64,000 nucleotides of DNA from Dendrobates tinctorius (taxonomy: Eukaryota), in contig NW_027361700.1 of the NCBI RefSeq assembly GCF_039654945.1, forward strand, positions 16,306,001-16,370,000, in the 5' to 3' direction. Below, piece by piece: positions 36,876 through 50,834 of the stretch. Numbering within the stretch: the stretch's first letter is position 1; the number at the start of each line of letters is the position of its first letter. Under the pieces are notes generated by a model. That model saw nothing but the letters and a program-made list of their open reading frames with translations. It did not search any database and was not told the origin of the DNA. The position numbers were made by a program, and so were the translations under genes.

Positions 36876-37787
36876 GTAAGGGTTCAGATGGGCATTTGCA
36901 AAATAATCCGTTCTTCAACAGCCGATTGTTCACCCATATATGAACAGTATATCAAACGCAACTTGTTGGAATTTAATGCGGTTTCCGCATCGTCAAAACA
37001 ACGCATGCGGAGGCATCCGCATACATCCGTATGACCTGCGTACCCAATGTTAAAGATAGGGTACGTAGGCCGCATGCAGAAGTATGCGGAAGTAGGCAGA
37101 GCTTGACGGAGTATGTGCGGGAGTGGGCGGAGCTTCACGGAGGAAGTCCGCAGCTCGGCTATCCGCAAATGTGAAACCGGCCATACTTGTCTGTTTTTCA
37201 CTACTGTATGTAATCCATATGGTATGCATTTCAAAACATCAACAATTTAAAACGTAATAATTGAAATACAGTTTTCTGTGTTAATAATTGCAATGGATCC
37301 ATGAAAATCGGATGATGTATGGATGATAACCCATACGTGACTAGTTTTTTGTGCACACATTAATGAATAATTGCTGAGTTGTATCTGAAAAACGGAATAA
37401 AGTAGCACATGCTGCAATTTTCTGTTGCGTAAAAATGTTCACGTGAACTGCTACATTGGCTTTTGCATTTGGACAGCACACAGACGTTTAATATGTTCGT
37501 CTGAACGAGACCTAAGATAAGCAGGGGCTTTTCTGGAGATCATAATGGAATATAGTCTTTTGTAGCATTGTGTAATATCTGGGTGTCTGTCTGCTCCTCT
37601 GCGTGTCTGACAACTTCTGTTTCACCTGATGTAACTTGTGCAGATAATCTTCTACAGTCGGCTTTTCCCTTATTTACTAGTATATACTAGTCCCAGCATC
37701 GTGTTGTATACAGATCCACAGTAATACGGTATTGATTGTAAAACACATGAGAAATCATATGTCTCTTGGGTATGTTTTCCCTAGCAG

Positions 37788-37906
37788 AGGAAGGACCTTC
37801 TTCCAAAGTTCCTTGGGGAATCAACCTTATGAAGAAAAATAAAAAGTGTCCACCAAGGGCTTTTGGGGTGAGACTAGAGGATTGCCAGCCTGCAGTGGAG
37901 AACAAG
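37788..37906 (+). CDS. ARHGAP23: ARHGAP23 exon (tandem acceptor; alternative start 37785)
   Basis: ctag cag|AG...AAG|gtgagg; [13 protein letters not shown]...[16 protein letters not shown]. Confidence 0.88.
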
Positions 37907-38132
37907 GTGAGGATGCATGATAATCTAGATAAAGTGTATCTGTATGCTCCATATTGTTATATAGTTCTGCACATACAGAGAAATCTTTCATGTCCAGTAT
38001 GCATCTGAATGTGAATTATATTTACTGGTCACATAAAGGGAATTATTTGTGTAATTAAGAATATATTGCCCTTATTAGACCTGTATGAATGGAATATACA
38101 CATTCCCTTTTTATCTCTCATGTGAACCGCAG

Positions 38133-38288
38133 GGGGTTCCTCTGATTGTGGAGTTGTGCTGTACATTGGTGGAACAGAAGGGTCTGGAGTATTTAGGAAT
38201 ATACCGTGTTCCTGGAAATAATGCTGTGGTGAGCAGTCTGCAAGAACAGCTGAACAAGGGGCTGAGTGATACCAACATACAGGACCAG
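38133..38288 (+). CDS. ARHGAP23: ARHGAP23 exon (RhoGAP, arginine finger)
   Basis: ccgcag|GGG...CAG|gtaaga; [24 protein letters not shown]. Confidence 0.93.
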
Positions 38289-39024
38289 GTAAGAGAAACT
38301 AGGCTAAATGAATGTAGTTATGTCTTACATGTAGTCTGTAACTTTAATTCCAGTCTATGGGGAGAATACATTATCAATTTTCATGCTCGGAAATGTTGGT
38401 GTTTGTGTTTTTGTAAAATAAGCAGCCATGTGGCTTTTATATCACATTTTGTATAAGAATACATTGTGTGGTTTGGATAGCTTCTTTTTACCCATTTAAT
38501 AAGTCTCCCAAAATGTTCTGTTGGGGTAGTCAGCAGCAGCTCTCTATTCTGGTGATTAGAATGGTTCTGAATGATGAAAACTCCAGCAACCTATCCATCT
38601 TTAAACGATATCACCTATCAATAAGATCAGTGATTACATGCTGATTGATAGAGGTCTGACTGCTGAGACCCATACGATCCAGAGAACTGTGCTCTGAAGG
38701 GAGTAGTGGCCAGACATGCTTTTCACTGATCTCTTTATTCTCTATGGGGCTGCCGAAAAAGCCAAGCGCTGTATTGGTTATCATTGCCAATCCCACATAG
38801 AATGATTGATCCGGTGGAGTTCATGTCTGGCCACCGCTTCATTGAGATGGGACTCTCCTTCAGAGCCCAATTCTCAGGATTGTGACGGCTACAGTTGCTG
38901 GACTCCCAATGATCAGCAAATTAGCAGCTATCCTGGAAAAGTTAGCACCTATGTCTGAGAACTTCTAAAGGCGGAAATTCTCTTTTAATGTTCAGTTCCT
39001 GACCTCATTATATTGTGGTTTCAG

Positions 39025-39103
39025 CGCTGGCAGGACTTGAATGTGGTCAGCAGTTTGCTTAAATCTTTCTTCAGAAAGCTGCCTGAACCCCTCTTCACTG
39101 ATG
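39025..39103 (+). CDS. ARHGAP23: ARHGAP23 exon (RhoGAP)
   Basis: tttcag|CGC...GATG|gtgagt; [26 protein letters not shown]. Confidence 0.93.
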
Positions 39104-39371
39104 GTGAGTATGACAAGTGTTTGCACTTCTTCTGCAGCTGGTGCTGTTCAGACTGTGGCATCAGTAGAGCCAGTTACTGTACACACATTGCTCATGGACT
39201 GTTCATGCCGACTTTGGAAAGACCTAAATCAAATAATGGAGTGTTTTTGTGCACATTCACTTTAGACCATGCCTTGTTCCTTCCCCCCTGAATTTGCCAA
39301 TAATTTATCTTCAGGTTCTGTTGTTCTCTTGACAAAAAACACATCAGAAAATTGCATAGTTGGGAAATGTC

Positions 39372-42300
39372 AAAACAGGATTTTTTGGGTTGCTTACCGT
39401 AAAATCTGTTTCTCGGAGCCTTCATTGGGGGACACAGAGACCATGGGTGTATGCTGCTGCCACTAGGAGGCTGACACTATGCACAAAAAAGGTTAGCTCC
39501 TCCTCTGCCGTATACACCCCACCGACCGGCAGGAAATTCCTCAGTTAGTGAGAAAGCAGTAGGAGAAGTAACGGAATAGATTGAAAACAGAACGAACAAC
39601 TCAACTGTAACCAATCGACAAACATAAGAACAGGAGTTGTAGAACATGGGAGGGTGCTGTGTCCCCCAATGAAGGCTCCGAGAAACAGATTTTACGGTAA
39701 GCAACCCAAAAAATCCTGTTTTCTCGTTCGCCTTATTGGGGGACACAGAGACCATGGGACGTCCCAAAGCAGTCTCTGGGGTGGGAAATAAACTTCCATC
39801 AGGCCAGTGGACTCACCACCGCGGCCTGCAGAATCCTTCTACCTAGGCTGGCGTCCGCCGAAGCGTAGGTGTGGACCCTGTAGAATTTCACAAAAGTGTG
39901 AACCGAAGACCCGTTGCAGCTTTGCAAAGCTGCAGCGCGGAAGCTCTGTGGCGCACCGCCCAGGAGGCACCCACCGCCCGGGTAGAGTGCGCTCTGATCC
40001 CTGAAGGAGCTGCACGATGCTTGACCCGGTATGCCTCCAAAATTGCCGATCTGATCCAGCGAGCAATAGTGGCCTTTGAGGCTGGGTGACCTTTCCTTGC
40101 ACCGTCTGGAATGATAAACAGAGAGTCTGACTTCCGCAAGGAAGATGTCCTGGCTAGATAGACTCTCAATGCCCTGACCAGGTCCAGCTTGTTCAAGGAT
40201 CGCTCCAGAGGAAGAGCTGGGCTCGGGCAGAAGGATGGCAGAACAATGTCCTCATTGAGGTGAAACGAAGATACCACCTTCGGAAGTAAAGAGGGCGGAG
40301 GCCGCAGAACTACCTTGTCCTGATGAAGTACCAAAAAGGGAGAGCGGCAAGAAAGGGCCGCTAGTTCTGACACACGTCGGATGGAAGTAATGGCCACCAG
40401 AAAGGCCACCTTCCAAAGAAAGGAGGGCAAGGGAAACATCCCTGAGAGGTTCAAAAGGAGGACCTTGCAGAACCCCAAGAACGAAATTAAGATCCCAAGG
40501 ATCCACGGGCGCTCGGTACGGAGGAACTGTGTGAGCCACACCCTGAAGAAAGGTTTTGACCTGGGGCCGGGAGGCCAGCGTCTTCTGAAATAAAATGGAC
40601 AGTGCCGAAACTTGACCCTTCAAGGAACTGAGAGCAAGCCCCGCATCCAGCCCTGTCTGAAGAAACGCCAGAACAGAAGGAAGCGAAAAAACCATGGCCG
40701 CGATGTCATTGGCCTCACACCAGGAGAAATAGGCTTTCCAAGTACGGTAATAGATCTTGGAAGAGGAAGGCTTTCTGGCGCGGATCATGGTATGAATCAC
40801 TCGGTCAGAGAATCCTGCCCGTTTCAAAACCTCGGTCTCAACAGCCACGCCGTTAAATTGAGCGACCGAGAATTGGGGTGGCAAATCAGGCCTTGCGACA
40901 GCAGATCTGCCCTGTCGGGAAGCTTCCAGGGGGCGTCCGCGAGAAGGTTGACAATGTCCGCGAACCAAGACCTTCTGGGCCAATTCGGGGCGATGAGGAC
41001 GACTGGAATCCCTTCTGCCTTGATTTTCTTCAACAGCTTGGGAAGAAGAGGCAGGGGAGGGAACAGGTAGGGGAGCTCGAACTGTGACCAAGGAACGGCC
41101 AGAGCGTCGGCGCCCACTGCCAGGGGGTCCCGAGACCTGGACACGAATTGTGGTACCTTCCTTTTGAGGCGAGACGCCATGAGGTCTACGTCCGGGGTTC
41201 CCCACCGACGGCAGAGCAGATGAAACACATCCGGATGTAGGGACCATTCCCCTGCCGCGAGACCCTCGCGGCTTAGAAAATCGGCGGCCCAGTTGTCCAC
41301 GCCGGGAATGTGAACCGCGGAAATTGTTGGAACAAAGGTCTCTGCCCATTGAAGAATTCTGGACACTTCCGCCAGAGCTGAGACACTCCGTGTCCCCCCT
41401 TGTCGGATGATATACGCCACCGCTGTGGCATTGTCTGTTTGAATCCTGACAGGCAGGCCCTTGAGGCGCCGTTCCCAGTGGACGAGAGCCAGAAGGATCG
41501 CTCGTATCTCTAGGACATTGATCTGCAGAGCTGATTCCTGAGTCGACCATCGACCCTGAACAGTGATTGCGGAACACTGCACCCCAGCCGATGAGGCTGG
41601 CGTCCTTTGTGCCAATCTGGGAAGAAAGGACCGCCCCGAGAGAATGAGGGGAGACGTCAACCACCAGTTGAGAGACCGCTTGATCCGGCATGAAAGACGA
41701 ACCGGACGATCCAGAGACAGAGCCGACCTGTTCCACCTGGACAAAATGGCCTGCTGGAGGGGCCTGGCGTGAAACTGGGCAAAGGGAACTGCCTCTATTG
41801 CTGCCACCATCTTCCCCAGAATCCTCATGGCTGTCCTGAGAGTTGAAAACCGTGCGATCTGTAGTGATCGGACGCCCTGCTGCAGGGAAAGAATCTTGTC
41901 TTGTGGGAGAAATACCCTTGACCGACGAGTGTCGAAAAGAAGGCCCAGAAACACAAGGAGTTGAGTAGGGATCAGACAGGACTTTTTCCGGTTGACGATC
42001 CACCCAAAACTGGACAGGGTGTCTAGAACGATCGCCACACTTAGGCGGGCCTGATGAAAGGAGGGAGCCTTGATCAGATTATCGTCGAGATACAGAAAAA
42101 GAACAAGACCTCTGATCCTCAACAAGGCCATCAACGCTGCCATAATCTTCGTGAAGACCCTGGGAGCGGTGGCGAGCCCAAAAGAGAGCGCGACGAACTG
42201 ATAATGTTCGTGGTGAATCGCAAACCACAGGAACTTCGGATGTCCGGGAAATATGGGCACGTGTAGATAGGCATCTTGGATGTCTATGGAACACATGAAT

Positions 42301-45282
42301 TCCTGCTCCTTCATGGAGGCAATCACCGAGCGAACCGACTCCATCCGGAAGTGGCGGAGGCGAACTCTCTTGTTGAGTAACTTGAGATCCAAGATGGGTC
42401 GAACCGCCCCGTCCTTTTTCGGCACCACAAACAGGTTTGAATAAAACCCTGTGAATCGTTCCGATTCAGGAACGAGCACAATCACCCCAGAGCTGAGGAG
42501 AGAGGCGATGGCCGAACCGAACCCCGGGATCAAGGCAGGATCCCGTGGCGGACGGGATGGAAGAAGCGATCCCGTGGAAGAGAAACGAACTCTATTTTGT
42601 ATCCTGTCGATACAACCTCTCTGACCCAAGCGTCCTCTACTGAGGCGAACCAGACGTCGCTGAAGAAAAGAAGTCGACCTCCCAATTGGAAGGGACCCAC
42701 GGAAGACCGATGATAGTCATGCGGACGTAGACCGTCCAGATCTAGATCTGGGTGGTCTTCCCTGGGAAGAGTGGGACCGCCAGGACGGAGTGGGCCTGAA
42801 GGAGACCTTCTTTCTTTCCTGACGTGCTTGTGGCCTTTGCTGGTTGGAAGGGTTTTCCGCCGCATTGAAACGGCGGAAAGACCGAAAGGGACGGAACTGA
42901 CGCCTTGGAGGAGGTCTGCGAGGCTTGGATTGGGGGAGAAGAGAACTCGTACCTCCGGTAGCGTCCTTAATAATCTGGTCCAATTGGGACCCAAAGAGAC
43001 GCACTCCTTGAAAAGGCAGATTAGTCAGACTTTTTAGAGGACAAGTCCGCCTGCCAGGCCTTGAGCCAAATTGTACGTCGGATTGGCACGATGTTGCTTG
43101 ACGCCTGAACCGCGCAAGATGCGGCATCCAAGGAAGCAGAAAGCAGATAATCCCCCGCATGGGAAATCTGATTGGCGAGATCGGCCAAATGCTCCGATTG
43201 TGCGTTATCCAGAATGCCCTGCCGAAGGTCCTCTGCCCAAGCGGATATAGCCTTTGCTGCCCAAGATGAAGCAAAGACTGGACATACCGCCGCAGATGCC
43301 GCCTCGAAGGCAGACTTTGCTAGGGATTCTATGATTCTGTCATTAGAATCTTTTAGAGACGCTACACCCGACAGCAGAAGAACAGTATTATTAGAGAGTC
43401 TGGATACGGGAGGGTCCACTGAAGGAGAAGCGGCCCAGTTGTCCGTGAGCTCTTTAGCGAACGGATACAGCACGCTGAGACGCTTTTCTCTTTGAAAGCG
43501 TCTAGTCGGATCTTCCCTTTCCTTGGTAAAAATCTTCCCAAACTCGGAATGAAAGGGAAACACCCTGGAAGGTGTTTCCGCCCGTCTGAACGAAACCTCC
43601 TGATCTGAGGATTTCGCAGGGGCGTCAGTGATGTCGAAGGTATGGTGAATCGCGGCAATGAGGTTCTGCACCGTAACCTTCATGTTCGCATCCTGAACCG
43701 AATCCAGCTCTAAGGCCCCTTCAGATTCCGAAAGCGCTTCACCTGACTCGGGAGAGGAGGCCCGAGAGGGAGACTGCTGGGGAGTATGGGGTGAGGTAGG
43801 GCGAGGAGAGGACTCCGCCTGGAGATCCTGCCTGGGTCTCTTGCGACTGACACTGGCTGGCTCAGATGGGACGTCCTGGGACGTGCTAGATCCCGCAGAA
43901 GCTCCCAAGGGCAACTTATCCAGAACGGCTACTAGGGACTGAGACACCTTGGTGAGGTCTGCCACCGACTGTGATAGGGAGGAGGCCCAACCCGGCAAGG
44001 GGGGCTCACTCACCCCTGGGGCTATGGATGGCTCCTGAGCGGCGTCGGGCTGGATTGGATTGCTACAGTCCAGGCAGAGGGGAGAGGACTGACCCCTGAG
44101 GTAGTGCCGGAAGGTTGGGGGACAGAGGGCGGAGAAGGGTCAGTCTGCCGTGCAGAGCTACTCACGGTCCGGTGTCCCCAAAAGCGATGCTGCTCGACCT
44201 GTCCGGGGATGCAGATCAGGGAGAAGTCTGGCTGGCCGTCCCAAAGAGGCAAAAAGCTGCTTGCAGAAACTGCTCAGGGGCTGGGGAGCGTCTCCAGCTG
44301 CGTCCGGCTGGCAGGCTGTGAAGATGGCGCCTGCCTGTAGAAAAGCGTGGGTCCCGGGGAAGGGGAAGGGCGGAGCTCCTCGCAGGGTTAATAATTGCTG
44401 CCCTCTAGCCATAATATGCTGGGCAGGAGAGGGAAAGGCGGGGGGAGGGCCTGGGGAGAGCGGGAGAGAAGCCCGCTTAGAAGAAAGGGGCGGGGGGGGT
44501 AGGCCCGAACACAAGCCGGGGCCTAAATTAGTTGCGGCGGCCGCCTGTCAGCAGGGGGTCGGCGCGGAAGACGCGACGCAACACCGGGCCGCGTCCCTGC
44601 CCAGAACTGCCCGACTCCAGCGCTACCCCTGCCGAGATGGAAAAAAGGGGGGGAAGCGCAGAACGAGGCCCGTGAAGACCCGGGGCCTGCATGGATGCGG
44701 TGACCGTGGGGGGATGCGGGGCGTGCAGGGACCCAAACGTGGTCCCCCTGGCGACCGCTCCAAGAGAAAACGCCGAGGGAAGACTGACATACTCACCCAG
44801 GCAGGGGGCCTTACAATAAAGGTACCTGAAAATCCCACGCTGTCTGTCTCTATGAAATCCGCGCCTCATCCAACCTTCAGGCTCTGGTAGGCGAGAGGGT
44901 GGGAGGCGGGGGGCAAGGACCGTCCGTGCGGCTGGCACGCACCTGTGTGAGGCTCCTGGTCCTGCTCCGGAGACCTATGAGGATACGGGGTGGCAGTACA
45001 CGGCGTACTCATAGTCTCTTTGTGGGAGTACGGATGTGACTGTTCACTCCGTATCCCTCCGGAACCTGCAAAGAAACGACGCACACTGAGGTAGATATGG
45101 GTCTAATAAAAGACCCGTGTCCACCTCCTACTGACACTAAGCTAAACTGAGGAATTTCCTGCCGGTCGGTGGGGTGTATACGGCGGAGGAGGAGCTAACC
45201 TTTTTTGTGCATAGTGTCAGCCTCCTAGTGGCAGCAGCATACACCCATGGTCTCTGTGTCCCCCAATAAGGCGAACGAGAAA
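39372..45282 (-). mobile_element. DIRS1-type retrotransposon, copy 3 (subfamily A; full length, several frameshifts)
   Basis: Same termini as copy 1 in reverse orientation; ICR 39657-39758; gag about 44150-42717, RT about 42716-40824 (YLDD), YR to about 39799. Confidence 0.96.
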
Positions 45283-45469
45283 TAGATATTTGTAATAGTC
45301 CATTCAAGATCATCAGTATCCTCAAATATAATATGTGAATATAATGCATGAAATTCTCAAAATTCGTGTAGTTGGTCATTATTCATCTGCTGTGTCCACT
45401 GTAGTTAATGACATGCAGAGCATGAACAATGGGTTATGACCACTACATTTTTCATTAATTTCTTTTAAG

Positions 45470-45543
45470 ACAAATACAATGAGTTTATTGAAGCAAATCG
45501 TTTAGAAGACTCCAAGGAGAGAATGAAAAGACTCCGCAAACTG
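45470..45543 (+). CDS. ARHGAP23: ARHGAP23 exon (RhoGAP)
   Basis: tttaag|AC...CTG|gtaaca; KYNEFIEANRLEDSKERMKRLRKL. Confidence 0.9.
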
Positions 45544-45930
45544 GTAACAATTTCCGCTCATTTTTTACACTTAGCGCATTGTGATTTCACATTGGATTTT
45601 CAATGCTGGGAGTGTTGAGCCCTGAAAACTTTGAAGACAATTTCAGTTCAATGTAGATTATATCCACAGGTAAACTATATAAGAGTGTTGAGCGATGGAC
45701 ATACCCTTTTATTTTCAATAGCTTGATTTTAGTAGCAAATTCAATCTCCCGGTAGTTCTGCAAGACTGACCAAAATCACTATACAACAGCACAATGATCT
45801 GGTTTAGTAGTACCTTTGGGTGTCCATATTGTTTCCCACCAGTGTGATACTGGCTTATCCTGTAAATGGATTATGGGTAAGGTACTTTTGATCTTCCTTC
45901 TTAATTACATTGGAATTTCTGATCTGACAG

Positions 45931-46020
45931 ATTAAAGAACTCCCCTCATACTATTATGAAACTCTGCGATTCCTGGTTCGTCACCTGAAGACTGTGGCTG
46001 ATCACTCCGAGAAAAACAAG
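45931..46020 (+). CDS. ARHGAP23: ARHGAP23 exon (RhoGAP)
   Basis: tgacag|ATT...AAG|gtgatg; [30 protein letters not shown]. Confidence 0.92.
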
Positions 46021-46071
46021 GTGATGATGATTCCTTTTTTTTATTGTAACAGTGAGGTTGTTGGCTATGTA

Positions 46072-47678
46072 CAGTGGGGAAAAAAAGTATTTAGTCAGTC
46101 AGCAATAGTGCAAGTTCCACCACTTAAAAAGATGAGAGGCGTCTGTAATTTACATCATAGGTAGACCTCAACTATGGGAGACAAACTGAGAAAAAAAAAT
46201 CCAGAAAATCACATTGTCTGTTTTTTTTTTCATTTTATTTGCATATTATGGTGGAAAATAAGTATTTGGTCAGAAACAAGCAATCAAGATTTCTGGCTCT
46301 CACAGACCTGTAACTTCTTCTTTAAGAGTCTCCTCTTTCCTCCACTCATTACCTGTAGTAATGGCACCTGTTTAAACTTGTTATCAGTATAAAAAGACAC
46401 CTGTGCACACCCTCAAACAGTCTGACTCCAAACTCCACTATGGTGAAGACCAAAGAGCTGTCAAAGGACACCAGAAACAAAATTGTAGCCCTGCACCAGG
46501 CTGGGAAGACTGAATCTGCAATAGCCAACCAGCTTGGAGTGAAGAAATCAACAATGGGAGCAATAATTAGAAAATGGAAGACATACAAGACCACTGATAA
46601 TCTCCCTCGATCTGGTGCTCCACGCAAAATCCCACCCCGTGGGGTCAGAATGATCACAAGAACGGTGAGCAAAAATCCCAGAACCACGCGGGGGGACCTA
46701 GTGAATGAACTGCAGAGAGCTGGGACCAATGTAACAAGGCCTACCATAAGTAACACACTACGCCACCATGGACTCAGATCCTGCAGTGCCAGACGTGTCC
46801 CACTGCTTAAGCCTGTACATGTCCGGGCCCGTCTGAAGTTTGCTAGAGAGCATTTGGATGATCCAGAGGAGTTTTGGGAGAATGTCCTATGGTCTGATGA
46901 AACCAAACTGGAACTGTTTGGTAGAAACACAACTTGTCGTGTTTGGAGGAAAAAGAATACTGAGTTGCATCCATCAAACACCATACCTACTGTAAAGCAT
47001 GGTGGTGGAAACATCATGCTTTGGGGCTGTTTCTCTGCAAAGGGGCCAGGACGACTGATCCGGGTACATGAAAGAATGAATGGGGCCATGTATCGTGAGA
47101 TTTTGAGTGCAAACCTCCTTCCATCAGCAAGGGCATTGAAGATGAAACGTGGTTGGGTCTTGCAACATGACAATGATCCAAAGCACACCGCCAGGGCAAC
47201 GAAGGAGTGGCTTCGTAAGAAGCATTTCAAGGTCCTGGAGTGGCCTAGCCAGTCTCCAGATCTCAACCCTATAGAAAACCTTTGGAGGGAGTTGAAAGTC
47301 CGTGTTGCCAAGCGAAAAGCCAAAAACATCACTGCTCTAGAGGAGATCTGCATGGAGGAATGGGCCAACATACCAACAACAGTGTGTGGCAACCTTGTGA
47401 AGACTTACAGAAAACGTTTGACCTCTGTCATTGCCAACAAAGGATATATCACAAAGTATTGAGATGAAATTTTGTTTCTGACCAAATACTTATTTTCCAC
47501 CATAATATGCAAATAAAATGAAAAAAAAACAGACAATGTGATTTTCTGGATTTTTTTTTCTCCGTTTGTCTCCCATAGTTGAGGTCTACCTATGATGTAA
47601 ATTACAGACGCCTCTCATCTTTTTAAGTGGTGGAACTTGCACTATTGCTGACTGACTAAATACTTTTTTTCCCAACTG
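46072..47678 (+). mobile_element. Full-length Tc1 transposon
   Basis: TA TSDs; about 205-bp near-identical TIRs (CAGTGGGGAAAAAAAGTATTTAGTC...). Confidence 0.97.
46440..47462 (+). CDS. Intact Tc1 DD34E transposase, 340 aa
   Basis: Paired-like HTH, GAPRK, WSDETK, HDNDPKH, exactly 34 residues from the second D to the E of SPDLNPIE. Confidence 0.95.
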   Translation: MVKTKELSKDTRNKIVALHQAGKTESAIANQLGVKKSTMGAIIRKWKTYKTTDNLPRSGAPRKIPPRGVRMITRTVSKNPRTTRGDLVNELQRAGTNVTRPTISNTLRHHGLRSCSARRVPLLKPVHVRARLKFAREHLDDPEEFWENVLWSDETKLELFGRNTTCRVWRKKNTELHPSNTIPTVKHGGGNIMLWGCFSAKGPGRLIRVHERMNGAMYREILSANLLPSARALKMKRGWVLQHDNDPKHTARATKEWLRKKHFKVLEWPSQSPDLNPIENLWRELKVRVAKRKAKNITALEEICMEEWANIPTTVCGNLVKTYRKRLTSVIANKGYITKY

Positions 47679-48625
47679 TATGTGCTTAATGATGATCTAT
47701 AAGAGATCGGGATATCTATAGTGTAAAAAAAGGTTGAATATGATAAACTCGAGATGGTTCTCAGGATAGATTGGCTGATGGAACCAGAAATTGTAGAACC
47801 TGCCGGGTAAAGTCAGTCACGGCTGACATCTGTCTGCTCAACAGTTTTCTATTGCCCCTCTTTTCCCCCGTTGTATAGTAGTTGTGGCTCAGCCTTATAC
47901 ACATATTTAATCAAACTCTAGTATTCGTACCTATTAATCTACCTACTCTACAATATTTTATCTATTATTCTACCGTTACAAAGTGTGCTTTTCTCCTACA
48001 ATTTTGTGGGCACTGATATTCAATGTATACCTGTCACTAATATCATAGCACTGCACTGCCTGCATCCTCCTGCGGTGCGCGCTTGCCTCGGCAAATGAGC
48101 TTCTGGTTGCAGTGGTCACACGTCCCCTGATGTCCTCCTCCCCACCCTCCGCCTAATACCTCAGTGGAGGGCATTTACTTGTGGCGTATGATACCGCCAG
48201 CACTGCTACTGGCGCAGGGCAACACTCATGCAAGCGCCTACCCCCGAAGAAACTGACGCAAAATGCGCATTGTATTCTGTACTTCAGTCCCTCCAGGCTG
48301 ATCCATCTTTTTATTGGTATTCTTGCAGCTTTTCTCCATTTTGGGATTTTTTTGCACTTGCAATTTTCTTTGGTTTTCTGTTTGCCAATTATCTAGGAAC
48401 ATCAGTTTTATGTATCTATTCTTTCTCTTGGGCACTTATATACATATTATATAATACACCAGGGGTGATGCGCATCTTCCTGATGCCGCTACTAAAGTGA
48501 TCTGATGATGGTTTAATATATTAGCTGTTAGATGCAGCTTGTGTTTCACTATGGTATCTAGCAACTGTGATTATGGCAGTTGCCAAACCCCTTCATCACT
48601 TCTCCACATTTTGCTAAAACTGTAA

Positions 48626-48859
<234 letters not shown>

Positions 48860-49009
48860 TAAGGGTAATGTAAGCTAGCCCTACCACCATGACAGATGCA
48901 TTGTAGTATACCCATGTGTAGTTGTAAGGACCTGCCTCCGAAATGTGTAAGGTATTTACCTTTTGTATTTCCCTGTTTCTATTTTTAATGCGCCATTTTT
49001 GTCTTTTAA

Positions 49010-50182
49010 CCCCTTTGTGACATACGCCGTTCTATTATGGCGCATGTCGCTTCTCTCCCATTGATGTAGGCTCTGGCGGTGAGTCCACATTTTTCCCGGT
49101 ACATGTCAGCTGTTTTGAACAGCTGACATGTGCCCGAAACAGCCTGGGGTGGAATCTGACAGCCTGGGGTGGAATCTGACAAACTCTGACAGCGGCATTT
49201 AACACGCACTTCCATCCATCGGGCCGGAAATCCGTCTACCGGTGACCCCTGTCACGTGATCGTGAGTCACCGATAAGTTGGCATGACAACCTAAGGTGTC
49301 CTGAAGACCTCTATGGTTGTCACTGCCGGAATGCTATGAGGTGATCTGTTCATCGCCTGTATGCAGCAGAGCCGATCGAGTTATGGCAGCTTCTAGTCTC
49401 CCATAGAGGCTATTGAAACATGACAAAAGAAAAAAAAATGTTTTTTAAAAATATTAAAAAAAAAAAAGTTTAAATCACCCCCCCTTTTGCCCCATTCAAA
49501 ATAAAACACTAAAGTATCGCCGCGTTCAGAATCGCCCGATCTATCTAAAAAAAAAGGATTAACCTGATTGCTAAACGGCGTAGTGAGAAAAAAGTCAAAT
49601 TATGTTTTTTTTTTAGTCACCACGACATTGCATCAAAATGCAATAACGGGTGATCAAAAGATCGTATCTGCACCTAAATGGTATCAATAAAACCGTCAGC
49701 CTGGCACGCAAAAAATTAACCCTCACCCAACCTGAGATCTCAAAAAATGGAGATGCTACGTGTATCGGAAAATGGCGCAATTTATTTATTTATTTTTTTA
49801 ACAAAACAAACTTTGGATTTATTTTTCACCACTTAAGTAAAAAAGTACCTAGAAATGTTTGGTGTCTATGAACTTGTAATGACCTGGAGAATCATAATGG
49901 CAGGTCAGTTTTAGCATTTGGTGAACATGGTAAAAAAAAATCCAAAAAAAACCCCTGGAATTGCACTTTTTTTTGCAGTTTAACCGCACTTGGAATTTTT
50001 TTCCTGTTTTTGAGTACATGATATGGTAAAATCAATGGTGTCGTAGTAAAACTTGTCCCGCAAAAAACAAGCCCTAACATGGCCATATTGACGGAAAAAT
50101 AAAAAAAGTTATGGCTCTGGGAAAAAGGGGAGCAAAAAAACGAAATGCTGCAAAAACAAAAATGGGCTGCGGTGCAAAGTGG
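49010..50182. mobile_element. piggyBac-like non-autonomous element
   Basis: TTAA|CCCCTTTG...CAAAGTGG|TTAA; shares segments in reverse orientation with 56773-59897. Confidence 0.75.
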
Positions 50183-50834
50183 TTAATGGACTCTTATATA
50201 AATATAACAAAAATAATTGTAAGCGTGTTTAAAAATCAAAATATTTGACCCCTTAATAAGTAATATTCATTAAGTCCAAGTGGGTGTTATCAGTTTTCAC
50301 TGAACCTCTGTATGATGCTGATTAATCATAAGCAGACAGCTACACTCAAAGGTAAGAACAACATGCCCCCACCATAGCTTAGTGCTGATTTTTCAGTGTG
50401 AGATGTATAATATCAGATTGCCTGATCTCCTGGTCTGTCCACGTGCATGAGTCAGTGTGTGGGGAGAGGCAGTGCAGCTGAAATTAGTGTTGTAACATTA
50501 CAAAACCTTCAGCTTTTCTCCTCTAACATCGCTGTCACCTCTTCTGTACTGCCTTTTCCACCACACAATACATATCCTGAGATGTGTGAATAATCACAAT
50601 CATGTTTGCTGTGCTCTGGCAACTTGTACTCACTCGACAGGTAGCTTAAGGCACTACTTCTCACACAGGAGTAATCTGCCCGTTTTAGGTTGCTCTTGTT
50701 TGAGACATAATGACACTATGCTGTCGTCTCACTGCAGTGCGATTACAAGTTGAGCACAATAGATATAACTGTGAGCTCTCAGCTCTGGAGAGGAGTACAG
50801 CAGAAGTGACAGCGCTAGGAGAGGAAGATTGCTG

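Noticed and set aside
46349-47392. 347-aa antisense ORF over the Tc1 transposase
   Set aside because: Codon-aligned mirror of the sense ORF with no domain features; best explained as a by-product.
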